A stretch of 63,982 nt of DNA, filler included, from Octopus bimaculoides (lineage: Eukaryota): NCBI RefSeq assembly GCF_001194135.2. It is 6 parts of 5 records of this genome, joined end to end, with 100 filler letters (N's around TTAATTAATTAA, not from the genome) between each part and the next. Parts side by side here need not be neighbours in the genome. Positions count along the whole stretch, not along the records: positions 1 to 25,259 come from NC_069006.1; positions 25,360 to 30,347 come from NC_069001.1; 4 more parts are not named here. One strand, 5' to 3'. The position numbers were made by a program, and so were the translations under genes. Shown in pieces: positions 20,170 to 30,043 of this stretch. Each line of letters starts with the position of its first letter. Position 1 is the first letter of the stretch. The notes beneath the pieces were generated by a model. That model was not told where the DNA came from and made no database searches. It was given only the letters and a program-made list of their open reading frames with translations.

Positions 20170-21986
20170 TGTATGTAGGTATATAGATATGTATATATAT
20201 ATATGTGTGTGTGTGTGTATATCAATGCAAAATGAATGAAAATACATTTAACTTTAAAATTTCATATACCACCATTATCATCATCATTGTTGTTATTGTC
20301 ATTATCCTCATTATTTCATGATCATCATCAACATCGTCATTGTCATCATCATTGTTGTCATCATCATCATTGTTGTCATCATCATCATTGTTATTTTTCA
20401 TTGTAATTGTCATTCTCAGAGTTGTCATTATGAGTGATCTAATCATCGTTGTCATCACCACTGTCATTGTCATTGTTGTGGTGACCGTTCATCAATGTTG
20501 TCATCATCATCATCATCATCCCCATTCTCATTATCAATTATCATCATTGTCAGTTGTCATTACGATCATCATAGTCATCACCAGCACCATTGTCATCATT
20601 GTCATCATCATCATCATCATCGTCATTATCATCATCATCATCATCTGCCCCAGAATGATATGAAAAGTAAAAGTCAACCCTGCTGACATTTTGTCTTTAT
20701 AATACAAAGGGAGATAACTCAAAATGTGTCTTTACCTTATTTCCTTCATGAATACATTAATTCGACGATGATTAGCAAAGCTGACATGGGTCACTGCACC
20801 ATAGATCCCTTTCTGGTGAGGGTTCAAAGAATTTAGGAAACATTCCCATTTTGGTCCACCAACAACAATCTGCCCTGCGGTCCAGTTGCGGCCCAACGAA
20901 TCATCTTTTCCAATGAGAATTATCTTATTTTTCTCACATTTTAATTTCTAAGCAAAGCAAAAACCAAACAAAAACGAAAAAAGATAAAATCTATAAAATA
21001 AACAGCAAAATAACAAAGTAAATATTTCTCATTATACTTGATTGGGTAGACATGTCAACAGGGATTGGGACATTTGCGTTTAACCGCATGGATCTGGGTT
21101 CAAGCCTAATGCCCAAAACCATGAGTAAGTGTTTTCTGCCAGGGTTAAAGGTTAACTAAATGCCTCGTCTGTCTTCTTCTTCCATTAGATGCTTCTATAT
21201 GCAATGCATCTCTAAAAATTAAGATGAGTATCTTCCACCATAACCTTGAAATAGCAGCCAAGTTCCCCTCAAATCACACCATAGTATTTATTCAAAAAGA
21301 GGATGCACTGTATTATGATGACCAAGATGTAGCATGTCTGTAAAGAGGTAGGAAGGTCATGACTGGAAATCCTTTGATTATAGGTATGTGTGATCAAGGC
21401 TGACCTGCGATTCACCCTCAGAACATCATAAATTATTTCTCTCTCTACTCTCAACAGAAATGGGAGGAGGGAGAGCCATTTATGGATTAACACATCAAAA
21501 CAAAACGAACATACATTGATATGGTCGATATTGAGTCATGAGAAGGCGTGGTCATTACAGAGGCTGATTAGATAGAAAGTGGGTGTGTGCGACTGTGAAT
21601 CTATGTGTGTTTGTGTGTGAGTGTGCTTAGGAGAGTGTATATGTGTAAGAGATAGTTTGTTTGTATGTGTGTGAGACTGTATGTGTGTGTATGTAACTGT
21701 TTATGATATACTGTGTTTGTGTTTGTGTGTTTGACTGTGTATATGTGAGACCCAATGCATATCTGTATGTGTGTGTGTGTGTGTGTGATAAACCTGTTGA
21801 ACTCACCTTTATTGAAGAATAAACATCTAAATAAATGATGTCGGTCAGTCTTCCTGTGGTGGCCACCTCTACTTGCTGTCCACTGATTTCTTGGACTGAT
21901 GTTTGACCAATGTCCACCCCAGCATTAACAAAGGTCAACTTAGTCACACCAGCACACATTAACAACATTCCAATTAAAAGAGCCAT
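87..21986 (-). CDS. 21-exon gene, ~1,420-aa secreted protein: signal peptide + degenerate Hedge-like lobe + 2 Hedge (Hh-N)-like domains + peptidase M15A-like domain + novel Cys-containing C-terminus
   Basis: Exons 21807-21986, 20736-20947, 19124-19426, 18402-18462, 17759-18007 (gap), 16095-16225, 15499-15572, 14761-14898, 14504-14680, 13374-13585, 12204-12569, 11788-11929, 9813-10024, 8537-8560, 7904-7988, 6924-7675, 5773-5872, 4368-4558, 3228-3425, 1921-2111, 87-359. All have GT/AG boundaries and mutually compatible phases, giving one open frame. An in-frame TGA lies 15 nt upstream of the ATG; the TAA stop is at 87-89. Confidence 0.85.
409..537 (+). mobile_element. tRNA-like SINE family A, degenerate copy
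   Basis: gggttcagtcccactgtgtgg...gaaactgaaagaagcc, shared with copies at 10627, 24132 and 57908. Confidence 0.6.
820..975. repeat. ~40-bp minisatellite, ~4 copies
   Basis: gatgtagcaactgtggctagctacacacacatggatgtct repeated with variants. Confidence 0.8.
1921..2111 (-). CDS. Exon 20
   Basis: gttgtttcag|(E)PLLDSKYNV...[34 protein letters not shown]|gtaaat; 191 nt, phase 1->0. Confidence 0.85.
2490..2705 (+). mobile_element. 3' end of an RTE-like LINE (C-terminal C2H2 finger + 3' UTR)
   Basis: [21 protein letters not shown] (C-x2-C-x12-H-x3-H); a second copy lies at 6465-6677; both end in microsatellite or minisatellite tails. Confidence 0.6.
3228..3425 (-). CDS. Exon 19
   Basis: cctttacag|(G)[17 protein letters not shown]...[21 protein letters not shown]|gtaaat; 198 nt, phase 1->1. 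Confidence 0.85.
3485..3625 (-). mobile_element. Penelope-associated short repeat (terminal-repeat-like fragment)
   Basis: rc: tttctgttgaagagcataggctcgaaacgta...aaactaatacacc...ttgtcttttgttt; homologous to 57740-57860, which follows a Penelope ORF. Confidence 0.5.
3700..3960 (-). mobile_element. RTE-LINE 3'-UTR-derived repeat (family C) with (CAT)n tail
   Basis: tggatgcccttcctaacgccaacc motif. Other copies lie at about 4090-4290(+), 9205-9400(-), 12680-12945(+), 20022-20120(-), 26740-26900(+), 28850-29150(+), 30447-30590(+) and 62534-62676(-). The sequence matches the 3' UTR of the RTE at 32.4-32.8 kb. Confidence 0.75.
4368..4558 (-). CDS. Exon 18
   Basis: ctctggcag|[23 protein letters not shown]...[14 protein letters not shown]|gtagag; 191 nt, phase 2->1. 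Confidence 0.85.
5773..5872 (-). CDS. Exon 17
   Basis: tatcacag|(G)[32 protein letters not shown](D)|gtaagt; 100 nt, phase 1->2. Confidence 0.85.
5946..6375 (+). mobile_element. Two tandem 5'-truncated R4/Dong-like (RLE) non-LTR 3' ends inside a (TAA)n tract
   Basis: Encode ...[11 protein letters not shown](T/A)[10 protein letters not shown] plus the same 3' UTR as 22984-23345; (TAA)n lies at 5903-5945, 6182-6205 and 6380-6410. Confidence 0.7.
6465..6677 (+). mobile_element. Second RTE-like 3' fragment
   Basis: acatcagacgccatgat...tctaaggtgtaa...gacaaccaccatg, homologous to 2490-2705. Confidence 0.55.
6680..6775. repeat. 18-bp minisatellite, ~5 copies
   Basis: (gtgtatgtataatatttt)n; produces the spurious CMYNIL-repeat ORF. 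Confidence 0.9.
6924..7675 (-). CDS. Exon 16 (end of Hedge B + whole M15A-like domain)
   Basis: ctttattgtag|GLRLTTT...[26 protein letters not shown]...[11 protein letters not shown]...[31 protein letters not shown]...AGKAVEL...[16 protein letters not shown]...AAHT|gtatgg; 752 nt, phase 2->1. Confidence 0.92.
7904..7988 (-). CDS. Exon 15
   Basis: tatctgcag|(V)[27 protein letters not shown](R)|gtaagc; 85 nt, phase 1->2. Confidence 0.85.
8314..8452 (-). mobile_element. SINE family B with (TTA)n tail
   Basis: gtcgactttgcctttcatcct...gtcgatgtaatc...ccctcccccaaaatt on the minus strand; other copies at about 6410-6460, 16736-16880, 17030-17105, 19518-19696 (all -) and 26345-26510(+). Confidence 0.7.
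8537..8560 (-). CDS. Exon 14 (24-nt microexon)
   Basis: tttaattactttccag|CAAAGAAACCAGCTCTAAAAACAG|gtagga = (A)KKPALKT; phase 1->1. Confidence 0.6.
9813..10024 (-). CDS. Exon 13 (Hedge module B core with Cys insert)
   Basis: tttttacag|[70 protein letters not shown]|gtgagt; 212 nt, phase 2->1. Confidence 0.9.
10281..10486. mobile_element. piggyBac-like MITE (~200 bp)
   Basis: TTAA-cctttttggtacca ... atgatagcaaaagga-TTAA: imperfect TIRs with TTAA at both ends. Confidence 0.5.
10627..10790 (+). mobile_element. SINE family A
   Basis: gtggtaagaagtttg...ccaaccacatggctctgggttcagtccc (A/B-box-like head). Confidence 0.7.
11083..11300 (+). mobile_element. 3' end of a second RLE-type non-LTR family
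   Basis: [34 protein letters not shown]...[19 protein letters not shown]; the IPxIIGALG motif is shared with the R4/Dong-like copies. Confidence 0.55.
11788..11929 (-). CDS. Exon 12 (start of Hedge module B)
   Basis: tattgcag|[46 protein letters not shown](S)|gtgagt; 142 nt, phase 1->2. Confidence 0.9.
12204..12569 (-). CDS. Exon 11 (Hedge module A C-half + acidic linker)
   Basis: cttttgcag|[10 protein letters not shown]...[14 protein letters not shown]...[26 protein letters not shown]...MNAT|gtaaga; 366 nt, phase 1->1. Confidence 0.9.
13374..13585 (-). CDS. Exon 10 (Hedge module A core with Cys insert)
   Basis: ttattttcag|[70 protein letters not shown]|gtaaga; 212 nt, phase 2->1. Confidence 0.9.
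13770..13990. repeat. Degenerate ~22-bp minisatellite
   Basis: ggggttataataagaga-like units. Confidence 0.6.
14150..14330 (+). repeat. Unnamed interspersed repeat (two copies)
   Basis: agcaaatattctg...accac(g/a)gatttgcttgtc...tgtccctt(a/c)gtgg..gatatgt.catctctga, also at 17245-17440. Confidence 0.65.
14504..14680 (-). CDS. Exon 9 (start of Hedge module A)
   Basis: ttgttgcag|[15 protein letters not shown]...[18 protein letters not shown](N)|gtaaat; 177 nt, phase 2->2. Confidence 0.75.
14761..14898 (-). CDS. Exon 8
   Basis: ttttccacag|[24 protein letters not shown]...TETN(I)|gtaagt; 138 nt, phase 2->2. Confidence 0.8.
15499..15572 (-). CDS. Exon 7
   Basis: tacttccag|[24 protein letters not shown](S)|gtaaat; 74 nt, phase 0->2. 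Confidence 0.75.
16095..16225 (-). CDS. Exon 6
   Basis: aatggcag|(V)[43 protein letters not shown]|gttagt; 131 nt, phase 1->0. Confidence 0.75.
17759..18007 (-). CDS. Exon 5 (interrupted by N-gap 17849-17941)
   Basis: ttttctcag|[22 protein letters not shown]-(gap)[29 protein letters not shown]|gtaagg; phase 0->1 requires the gap length estimate to be off by 1-2 nt, or two exons. Confidence 0.65.
18402..18462 (-). CDS. Exon 4
   Basis: tttctttgtag|[20 protein letters not shown]|gtaagt; 61 nt, phase 2->0. Confidence 0.8.
19124..19426 (-). CDS. Exon 3
   Basis: [17 protein letters not shown]...SNISFD(M)|gtaagt; 303 nt, phase 2->2; matches the ORF track entry 19120-19422. Confidence 0.8.
20736..20947 (-). 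CDS. Exon 2
   Basis: ttgcttag|[13 protein letters not shown]...[18 protein letters not shown](S)|gtaaag; 212 nt, phase 0->2. Confidence 0.8.
21807..21986 (-). CDS. Exon 1 (start codon, signal peptide)
   Basis: [27 protein letters not shown]...YSSIK; hydrophobic N-terminus ending in VNA; donor AAG|GTGAGT, phase 0. Confidence 0.8.
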
Positions 21987-22202
21987 TCTTAGAATTCTTC
22001 AAATATTTCTTTGGAAGGAAACAAAACAAAAAAATTTAAATAAATTTGAGTTTTTTTGCATGGCATTTTTTGTTTTCTTTTTTCTTTTCTTTAACATAAC
22101 AAATGTGTGTGATCATTGATTGATTTTAAATTATTGACTTTTGTCTTGTATTTATATATGATGATGATAATAATAATAATTATAACAACAACAACAACAA
22201 TG

Positions 22203-22250
<48 letters not shown>

Positions 22251-22251
<1 letters not shown>

Positions 22252-22529
22252 GACTAAAACAATACCTATTGTCATAGGTGCCCTGGGAATGACAGCAAAA
22301 TGGGCTGATTACTACCTAGCTCAGATACCAGGAAACCCCAAAATGGCTGAAGTTCAAAAGATAGTGCTCATGGGAACTGCCCATATCCTACGTAAAATAC
22401 TGTCTATGTGATCTCAAATTTTAAAACAAACACATAATTTTCTTATGGTTTCTTAAACATTCTCTAGAACAACACTATGTACAAATCCAAATATATGGTA
22501 CCCTAGGCATAACACCTACATGAAGTTCT
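22251..22529 (+). mobile_element. 5'-truncated R4/Dong-like 3' end following (TAA)n
   Basis: KTKTIPIVIGALGMT...[20 protein letters not shown]; preceded by the (TAA)n tract at 22204-22250. Confidence 0.7.
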
Positions 22530-22983
22530 NNNNNNNNNNNNNNNNNNNNNNNNNNNNNNNNNNNNNNNNNNNNNNNNNNNNNNNNNNNNNNNNNNNNNNN
22601 NNNNNNNNNNNNNNNNNNNNNNNNNNNNNNNNNNNNNNNNNNNNNNNNNNNNNNNNNNNNNNNNNNNNNNNNNNNNNNNNNNNNNNNNNNNNNNNNNNNN
22701 NNNNNNNNNNNNNNNNNNNNNNNNNNNNNNNNNNNNNNNNNNNNNNNNNNNNNNNNNNNNNNNNNNNNNNNNNNNNNNNNNNNNNNNNNNNNNNNNNNNN
22801 NNNNNNNNNNNNNNNNNNNNNNNNNNNNNNNNNNNNNNNNNNNNNNNNNNNNNNNNNNNNNNNNNNNNNNNNNNNNNNNNNNNNNNNNNNNNNNNNNNNN
22901 NNNNNNNNNNNNNNNNNNNNNNNNNNNNNNNNNNNNNNNNNNNNNNNNNNNNNNNNNNNNNNNNNNNNNNNNNNNNNNNNNNN

Positions 22984-23345
22984 CAATACCAGCAGATGAC
23001 AACGTTTCCCTAAAAGAAATGGAAAAACTTTCAAAATACAAAGACCTGGAAATAGAGGCAACTCGAATGTGGAATCTAAAAACAGAAACAATTCCTATTA
23101 TAGTAGGTGCCTTAGGTATAATAAAAAAATATTCAGACAAATACATAACAAAAACACCAGGACTTAAAAATATATATAACATACAGAAAATTGCACTACT
23201 GGGCACTGCACACATCCTACGCAAAACACTTTCAATACAGTAACCATAAGAGCACCACAGCAAACCACAGCACATACCCAAGGGGCGCAGAGCTGTGCTC
23301 GGTCGTGAAGTGAAAGCACGATATAAAAATAAAACTACTGAACAA
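22984..23345 (+). mobile_element. R4/Dong-like RLE non-LTR 3' end
   Basis: IPADDNVSLKEMEKLSKYKDLEIEATRMWNLKTETIPIIVGALG...[14 protein letters not shown] (RLE C-terminus), 3' UTR, then (TAA)n. Confidence 0.8.
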
Positions 23346-23368
23346 TAATAATAATAATAATAATAATA

Positions 23369-23400
<32 letters not shown>

Positions 23401-24131
23401 AATAATAATTCCTGAAAGAATGAGATGTCACCTTTGAATGCTTTGAAGACAGATAATTGGTCCCTAAAGAAAGGAGTTACATCTGAAGCAAAGAGTTGGT
23501 GCCTCTTGAGATGAATTAAGTGCCGACTGTGGCCCAAGAAATGGCAGAAAGATCTGTGGATTTTTGGTTTCTTCTCCAGAAACACTTCAAAGTTGTTTGG
23601 TTATGTTTTGTTACTGAATAAATCAACAGGAAGAAGAATTATCACAGCAACACAAATATGTACCCGGTGGTCCTGTGTGTGTGTGTGTGTGTGTGTGTGC
23701 ATGAGACAATGTTTGATTGTGCGTTTGTGTGTATGTATATATGCATGTGTGTGGGGTGTAGTTGTGTGTATGTGTAGGGGTGGGCTATATTAAAAAAATA
23801 ACATAAAGACAACGCCATTCTGAATTATAATGATAATGACAATGATGATGATGATGATGTTGATAATGCCATGTACACAGTGCCAGATCAAGGGGGATTG
23901 GTGTAAGGAGTGATAGTCAAACTAGGAAGGCCTTCCTGTTTTCTTGTTTTATTTATTTTACATTAATATATTTCTAATCATATTTATATTTATTTTCATT
24001 TTTTATTTTATTCCTGGTCATTTCTAATCTTTGGTTTCAAGTTGAGATTAAATGAATGTTTACACAACTAATGAATTGGTTTTATCATTAATGTTGTTGT
24101 TAAGGCATTTGCGAGTTGGACAAAATACATA

Positions 24132-24285
24132 CAGGTATGGCTGTGAGGTAAGAAGCTTGCTTTCCAACCACATGGTTCCAGATTCAGTCCCACTGTGTGG
24201 CATCTCAGGCAAGTGTATTCTACTATAGCCACAGGTCAACCAAAGCCTTATGAGTGGATTTGGTAGATGGAAACCGAAAGAAGCC
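24132..24285 (+). mobile_element. SINE family A
   Basis: ggctgtgaggtaagaagcttgctttccaaccacatggttcc...gaaagaagcc. Confidence 0.7.
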
Positions 24286-25359
24286 TATCACAGAGACACA
24301 GACAAACTATTTACAGGGTTCAATAGAACCTAGGTTCATCAAGAAATAGGATGCCAGGACTGGCTAGGTACCATAGAAATGAGTTCCCAAAGAGGTCAAA
24401 ACAACCATTAGGTGTCATGTGTTGGTAGTGTACAGCATGTATGTGTGTATATATGTATCAATATGAGCGTTTGGAGGGATATATTATTATCCGGGCGGAT
24501 ACCGTATTAGCTCTCAGTTAAGTTCCAGTTAACGGCTAACCTCCACAAGGATTAATATCTAACGTCTGTGACTGCAATTAGCTGTTAGTCACTGTGGAGA
24601 GTATGGAGATTTGTACATCCTCAAAATTGATTTTATAATTATACACAGTGTATTATAATGATCTACACGTGTTTCCACTGTAGTGACTACTCACTATTGC
24701 ACCTGTGACCTTGCAATATTGTTGGTGCAGCTTCATTAGGGTCCATCCATTTGGTCATCCTTGAGGATGTAGGTCATTATAATATGCTACATATAACTAT
24801 AAAATATATTTTGTGGGTGTACAACTCATAATCTTTTTTATTATTAATATCAATATTTATAAAACACAAGATGTTTGTGTGTGTGTGTACGTGATGTGGG
24901 TTATGCACGTCCACAAAGTAGCACGCATGTCGCTCCAATTTTAGGAGGACATTGTTCATGACCCTATCTGTGTTTTTGTCAACTTTTTCTCACAGAGGCA
25001 CCCGCGTATAGCTGTAAAAATCGATAAACTTTTACCAATTTTGAAGTTTGTTGACATGGCGAAGTCAAATCTGTGCGTACGCGCGTGAAGGAGAGAGAGA
25101 GCAAGAGAGAGAGAAAGAAAGAAAGAGAGGGAGAAAGAAAGAAAGAGAGAGAAAGAAAGAAAGAGAGAGAGAAAGAAAAAAGAGAGAAAGAAAGAAATAG
25201 CGTATTTGTGACAAGGGGAGAAACAGAGTGTTTGCCAAGCGTCTAAAAAAAAAAAAATTNNNNNNNNNNNNNNNNNNNNNNNNNNNNNNNNNNNNNNNNN
25301 NNNTTAATTAATTAANNNNNNNNNNNNNNNNNNNNNNNNNNNNNNNNNNNNNNNNNNNN

Positions 25360-25420
<61 letters not shown>

Positions 25421-25785
25421 CACTCACATTATTATTTGTTCATGTATGTATGCATGTTTCCACACGCTCATGTGTCTGTGTATAAGTATCTATCTACTTA
25501 TCTATTTGTCTATCTATCTGTCTATCTCTGCAACTATCCACCTATCCGTCTCTGTCTCCATCTCTCTCTCTCCCATCTATCCATCCATCTGTTTCAATAC
25601 CTATCTATCTACCTCCTATCCACCTTTCTCTCTCCTTCTCACCCCTGTCTCTCTATTGTTATCTGTCCCTTATCCATCATCCATCTGTCTCTCTTTCTTT
25701 GTGCATTTATCTATCTGCCTAACTTTCTGTCCCTCTGTCAAACTAGCACTTTATCTCTTGGTATCTTTATCTATGTATCTGTCTA

Positions 25786-25829
<44 letters not shown>

Positions 25830-25879
25830 TCTATTCATCCCTCCATCCATCTCTCTATTTATCTCTCTCTCTCTCTATC

Positions 25880-25934
<55 letters not shown>

Positions 25935-27200
25935 GTCTGTCTATCTGTCATATATATATATATATATATATATCTAGCAAACTATCTCTCCCTCCCTCCC
26001 TCCATTCATCTACCTATTTTTTCATCCCTCCCTCCATCCGTCAGTCTGTCTGTCTGTCTGTCCTCCAACCATCTTTCCATCCATTCATCTATCTATCTAG
26101 CTAGCTATTTGCCTACCTGCCTGCCTGCCTGCCTGCTTACTTATCTACCTGTCTCCTTATCTACCTACGTATCTGTCTATCTACCTATCCATTCATCCAT
26201 CTATTTACCTATCCCTCCCCTCACACATACACAATTTGATTAAGTACCTGTTTCTCAACATTCTCATCTACTGAAAATCGTAAAATGCTCTAAATCTTTG
26301 CATCTTCTATCATTGAACAAAATGCATTGCAGTATTTGTCTCAATCCTTGATGTTGTGAGTTCAAATCCTGACAAAGTCAGTTTCTCCTTTCATCCTTTC
26401 AAAGTTAATAAACTAAAGAGTCACTTTAATACTGGGGTCAATGATAATCACTGACCATTTACCCTCCAAATTACTGGCCCTCTGCCCAAGTCAGAAACAA
26501 CTGTAGACACAGACATGGCTGTGTGGTAAGAAGTTTGCTTCCCAACCACATGGTTCTGGGTTCAGTCCTAAAGTACTAAAGAACAACTTTAGTATGCTGA
26601 ACCTTTCAGGCAAGATGACAAAGGAGCAAGATATTTGGGGCCTTGCTGTACCCAAGAAGACCTGTATCCCAAAGCAGAAGTGTTAAGACCAGTCCTTCTG
26701 ATGGTAAAATGCATTCATGGCAGTGCCATATAAAGGCAGCCATGCTGTTGCACATAAAAGCACTTGTGTGGTGCCATATAAAAGCACCCAGCACATTCTG
26801 TAAAGTGGTTGGCATTAGGAAGGGCATTCAGCCATAGAAACCCTGCCAAATAAAGACTGGAGTCTGGGGCAGCCTTCCATGCTTGCAAGTTCTAGTCAAG
26901 CCAGCAAGAATCCAACGGTGGGTGATTTGCCCTACTCTCTTCACCAGAGCCTTTGTTAACCTACTGGGAATTTGACCCAGTATTTCCACCTGTGGAACCG
27001 CATTGAGGTGAGAGTTGGGCTATGGCTTGTGCAGACGGTGAGCTGTCCCTCAATGGAATGCTTCTAGGGACTGAAGCTGGAAATGAGTGGGAAGCCTTAA
27101 TAAGCTATGTCTGTCAATCACTGACTCCACCCCTTTTTCTCACTATTATTCATATATTTCTTTGTTGAATTTTTAATAATCATATATCCATATATACATA

Positions 27201-27245
<45 letters not shown>

Positions 27246-27477
27246 GATATATACAATAATGCTAATGAAATACATATACATTTTATATACACATGTATGT
27301 GTCTGTATATATATACACATACATACATATATATTTACATATACATAAATACATATATGTATACATATGTATATGTATGTATATATGTATGTATAACATA
27401 ATGAAATGTAGACATAAACTACGAAATTGCTACGTATATTTGAACAACGATCTACTTCTTACAGCAATAATAATAAC

Positions 27478-27511
<34 letters not shown>

Positions 27512-29175
27512 TGAATGTCAATAACGATGATGATGGTAATAATAACAACAATAACGGGGGTCGGGTAGGGGGAAGTTTTTTGTTCTTTGTTTTCTCGCCT
27601 GACTCAGTTGTTGAGATGGTAGGTCTATGATGCACACGACCAGCCTCTTTTGGAAAACACAGTCAACGACATTGTATCCATTCTGATTATTTGTTCCTCC
27701 CCCCACCTTTCTCCTCCTCACCGTTTGATCACTCCATACCCACCCACCCCGCTTTTTTATTATTCAGTAATGTCCCCTATTTTATTTACCTCTTTCCTCT
27801 CTCCCCGGCATACCCTCCTACCCCCCCAGCGCCACCTCAAAACTTCATTCCTCTGAGCCTGCATCTATGGCGCTCATCAGTGCATGGCTGTGTTTGTGTT
27901 CGAAGTTCAATGATGCATGACCGACTGGATGGAGTTGGCTTTCTTTTCTCCAAATCTATTTGCAAAAAGCGGCATTTTTCTAAAGACTTTATGGCATTCC
28001 GCTGACTAATAACAGAAACATCATCATGGCAAATGAATTCCGAAAAGAACTAGGCCAAACAGCCGTAAAACGCTTTCTTCTTTTCTGCAAGTTCCTCCCT
28101 CAACCCCCTTTTATTTTCTATGTCCAAAATCTGGATTCCAGAGAAAAATCCAATCGTGCATGTTTGAGTCTCAACAGTTGATTTTACAAGAATTAACCAT
28201 GATGGAATGTCAACATTTTTTTTCTTTTGTTTCATCCTATTCTTTGGTTGTTTTATGTTTTGGCTTTTCATTTCTAAGTTCTTACCAAACCGTCTCTTCT
28301 CCATTCGATTCCAAAAATTCCTTGATTTTTGTTCAGATGCAATAAAATGTATTTGAAATCCATTTTTCTATTTTTTATGCTTTTTGAGATCAGATAAGAC
28401 CGAGTTTTTCTTTCTATAGTCTGACCAACTTATCTTATCTTCTAATCAAATCGAATTAGAATTCTTAGTCAAAGATATCTAAACTGATTTTCTTTGAATT
28501 CTTCTCACCATTCTCATGGTTTTTTGCCAATTGCAGCAGAGAAGAGAGACATCAGTTTTGAACATTTTTTTTATCATTATCTATCCAGATTTTTATTGGA
28601 GAAATTATATATACAGAGATATGCAGAAAGACAATATTGTTTAGACAAAAAAATTCTTTGGGAAAAAATAAAAAATAGGAAAGTGAATAAAAGTCTGGTT
28701 TTGTTGTATGGTTAAGAAGCTAGCTTTGCAATCACATGTTCTTCAGTTCAATCCTACCATGCAGAGTTTTGGACAAGTATCTTCTTCTCTAGCCTCAGAC
28801 TGAAAACTGCGTAGAAGCTCAGTATTTTTGCATTGGGCCCCATGGAGGTAAAGTGGCCGAGCTACTTCTGAGTATTGGGCCTCACAAAGGCAATGACCAA
28901 GGCCTTTGGCATTATGTCATGCTTGAGAAGAGTACCCATCAAACCAAGCAAAATCGCAGTCGTGGCTGATACAGGTGGCACGTAAAAGCACCCATTACAC
29001 TCTTGGAGTGGTCGGCGTTAGGAAGGGCATCCATCCATAGAAAATCATGCCAAATCAGACTGGAGCCTAGTGCAGCCTTTCAGCATGCCAGCCCAGTCAA
29101 ACCGTCCAACCCATGCCAGCGTGGATAACGGGCATTAAATGATGATGATGATGTATGTGTGTGTGTGTGTCTTTT

Positions 29176-29257
<82 letters not shown>

Positions 29258-29544
29258 TCCTAATTACCAAATATATATAAGTATATATATAAATATAGGG
29301 TAAAAGATAAAGGCTCTCTTCAATAGATAGACAGATAGATAGATAGATGGATGGATGGATGGACAGATAAACAGACAGACTGACAGGCAGGCAGACAAAC
29401 AGACAGACAGATAAATAGATTGAGATACAGTTAGTCTAATAAATGAATACACTGTTAGTTAGACAGGCACATATGTAGACAGACAGACAGACATAGACAG
29501 ATACAGACAGACAGATAGATAGATAGAAAGATAGTTAGACAGAG

Positions 29545-29584
<40 letters not shown>

Positions 29585-30012
29585 GGACAAACAAAGAGAA
29601 GTAAACAGATTCACAGTTAGATACATAGATATTTAGGCAATTATCTATCTATCTGGCAATAGGTAGAGAGAGACATAGGTAGATACCGACCAATCACCAT
29701 TATAAGCTGGTTCATTGCATCAATGAAATTATTTGCTGTGCTAGAATTAACAGCCAAGCCTTCTTGAAATCCCTCACTCCAGTCACTAAGAAAAGATGGA
29801 CATACTGGCTAAAGACATCTGAGATGCTCTGTGTTTGTGTATCAAGTTTGTAATTTAGTTTTCAGTTGGATGCTCTTGGTATCACTTAACACTCTAGTTA
29901 CATGAAGTAGGGAGCGAAACATGGGTCTTGTTTGTTCAGTCAGGCAAACTGGAGCAAGCAGATTATAAGTGCATTGTATAGGAGCACCATAAATTGGATG
30001 CAGGTGTTTGCA

Positions 30013-30043
<31 letters not shown>

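Noticed and set aside
87-21986. Calling the gene hedgehog (hh) or hedgling
   Set aside because: There is no CGPGR N-terminus, no GG|CF Hint/Hog domain, and no vWA, cadherin or TM region; the Hedge modules are duplicated and lack Zn ligands
25304-25315. TTAATTAATTAA islands inside N-runs (also at about 30392, 40015, 51624 and 62721)
   Set aside because: An identical 12-mer embedded in gaps, with stop codons in all six frames, is a scaffolding linker and not biology
27850-28720. A-rich, coding-looking minus-strand segment
   Set aside because: It has multiple stops in all frames and no motif I can assign; it is possibly a decayed element but cannot be supported
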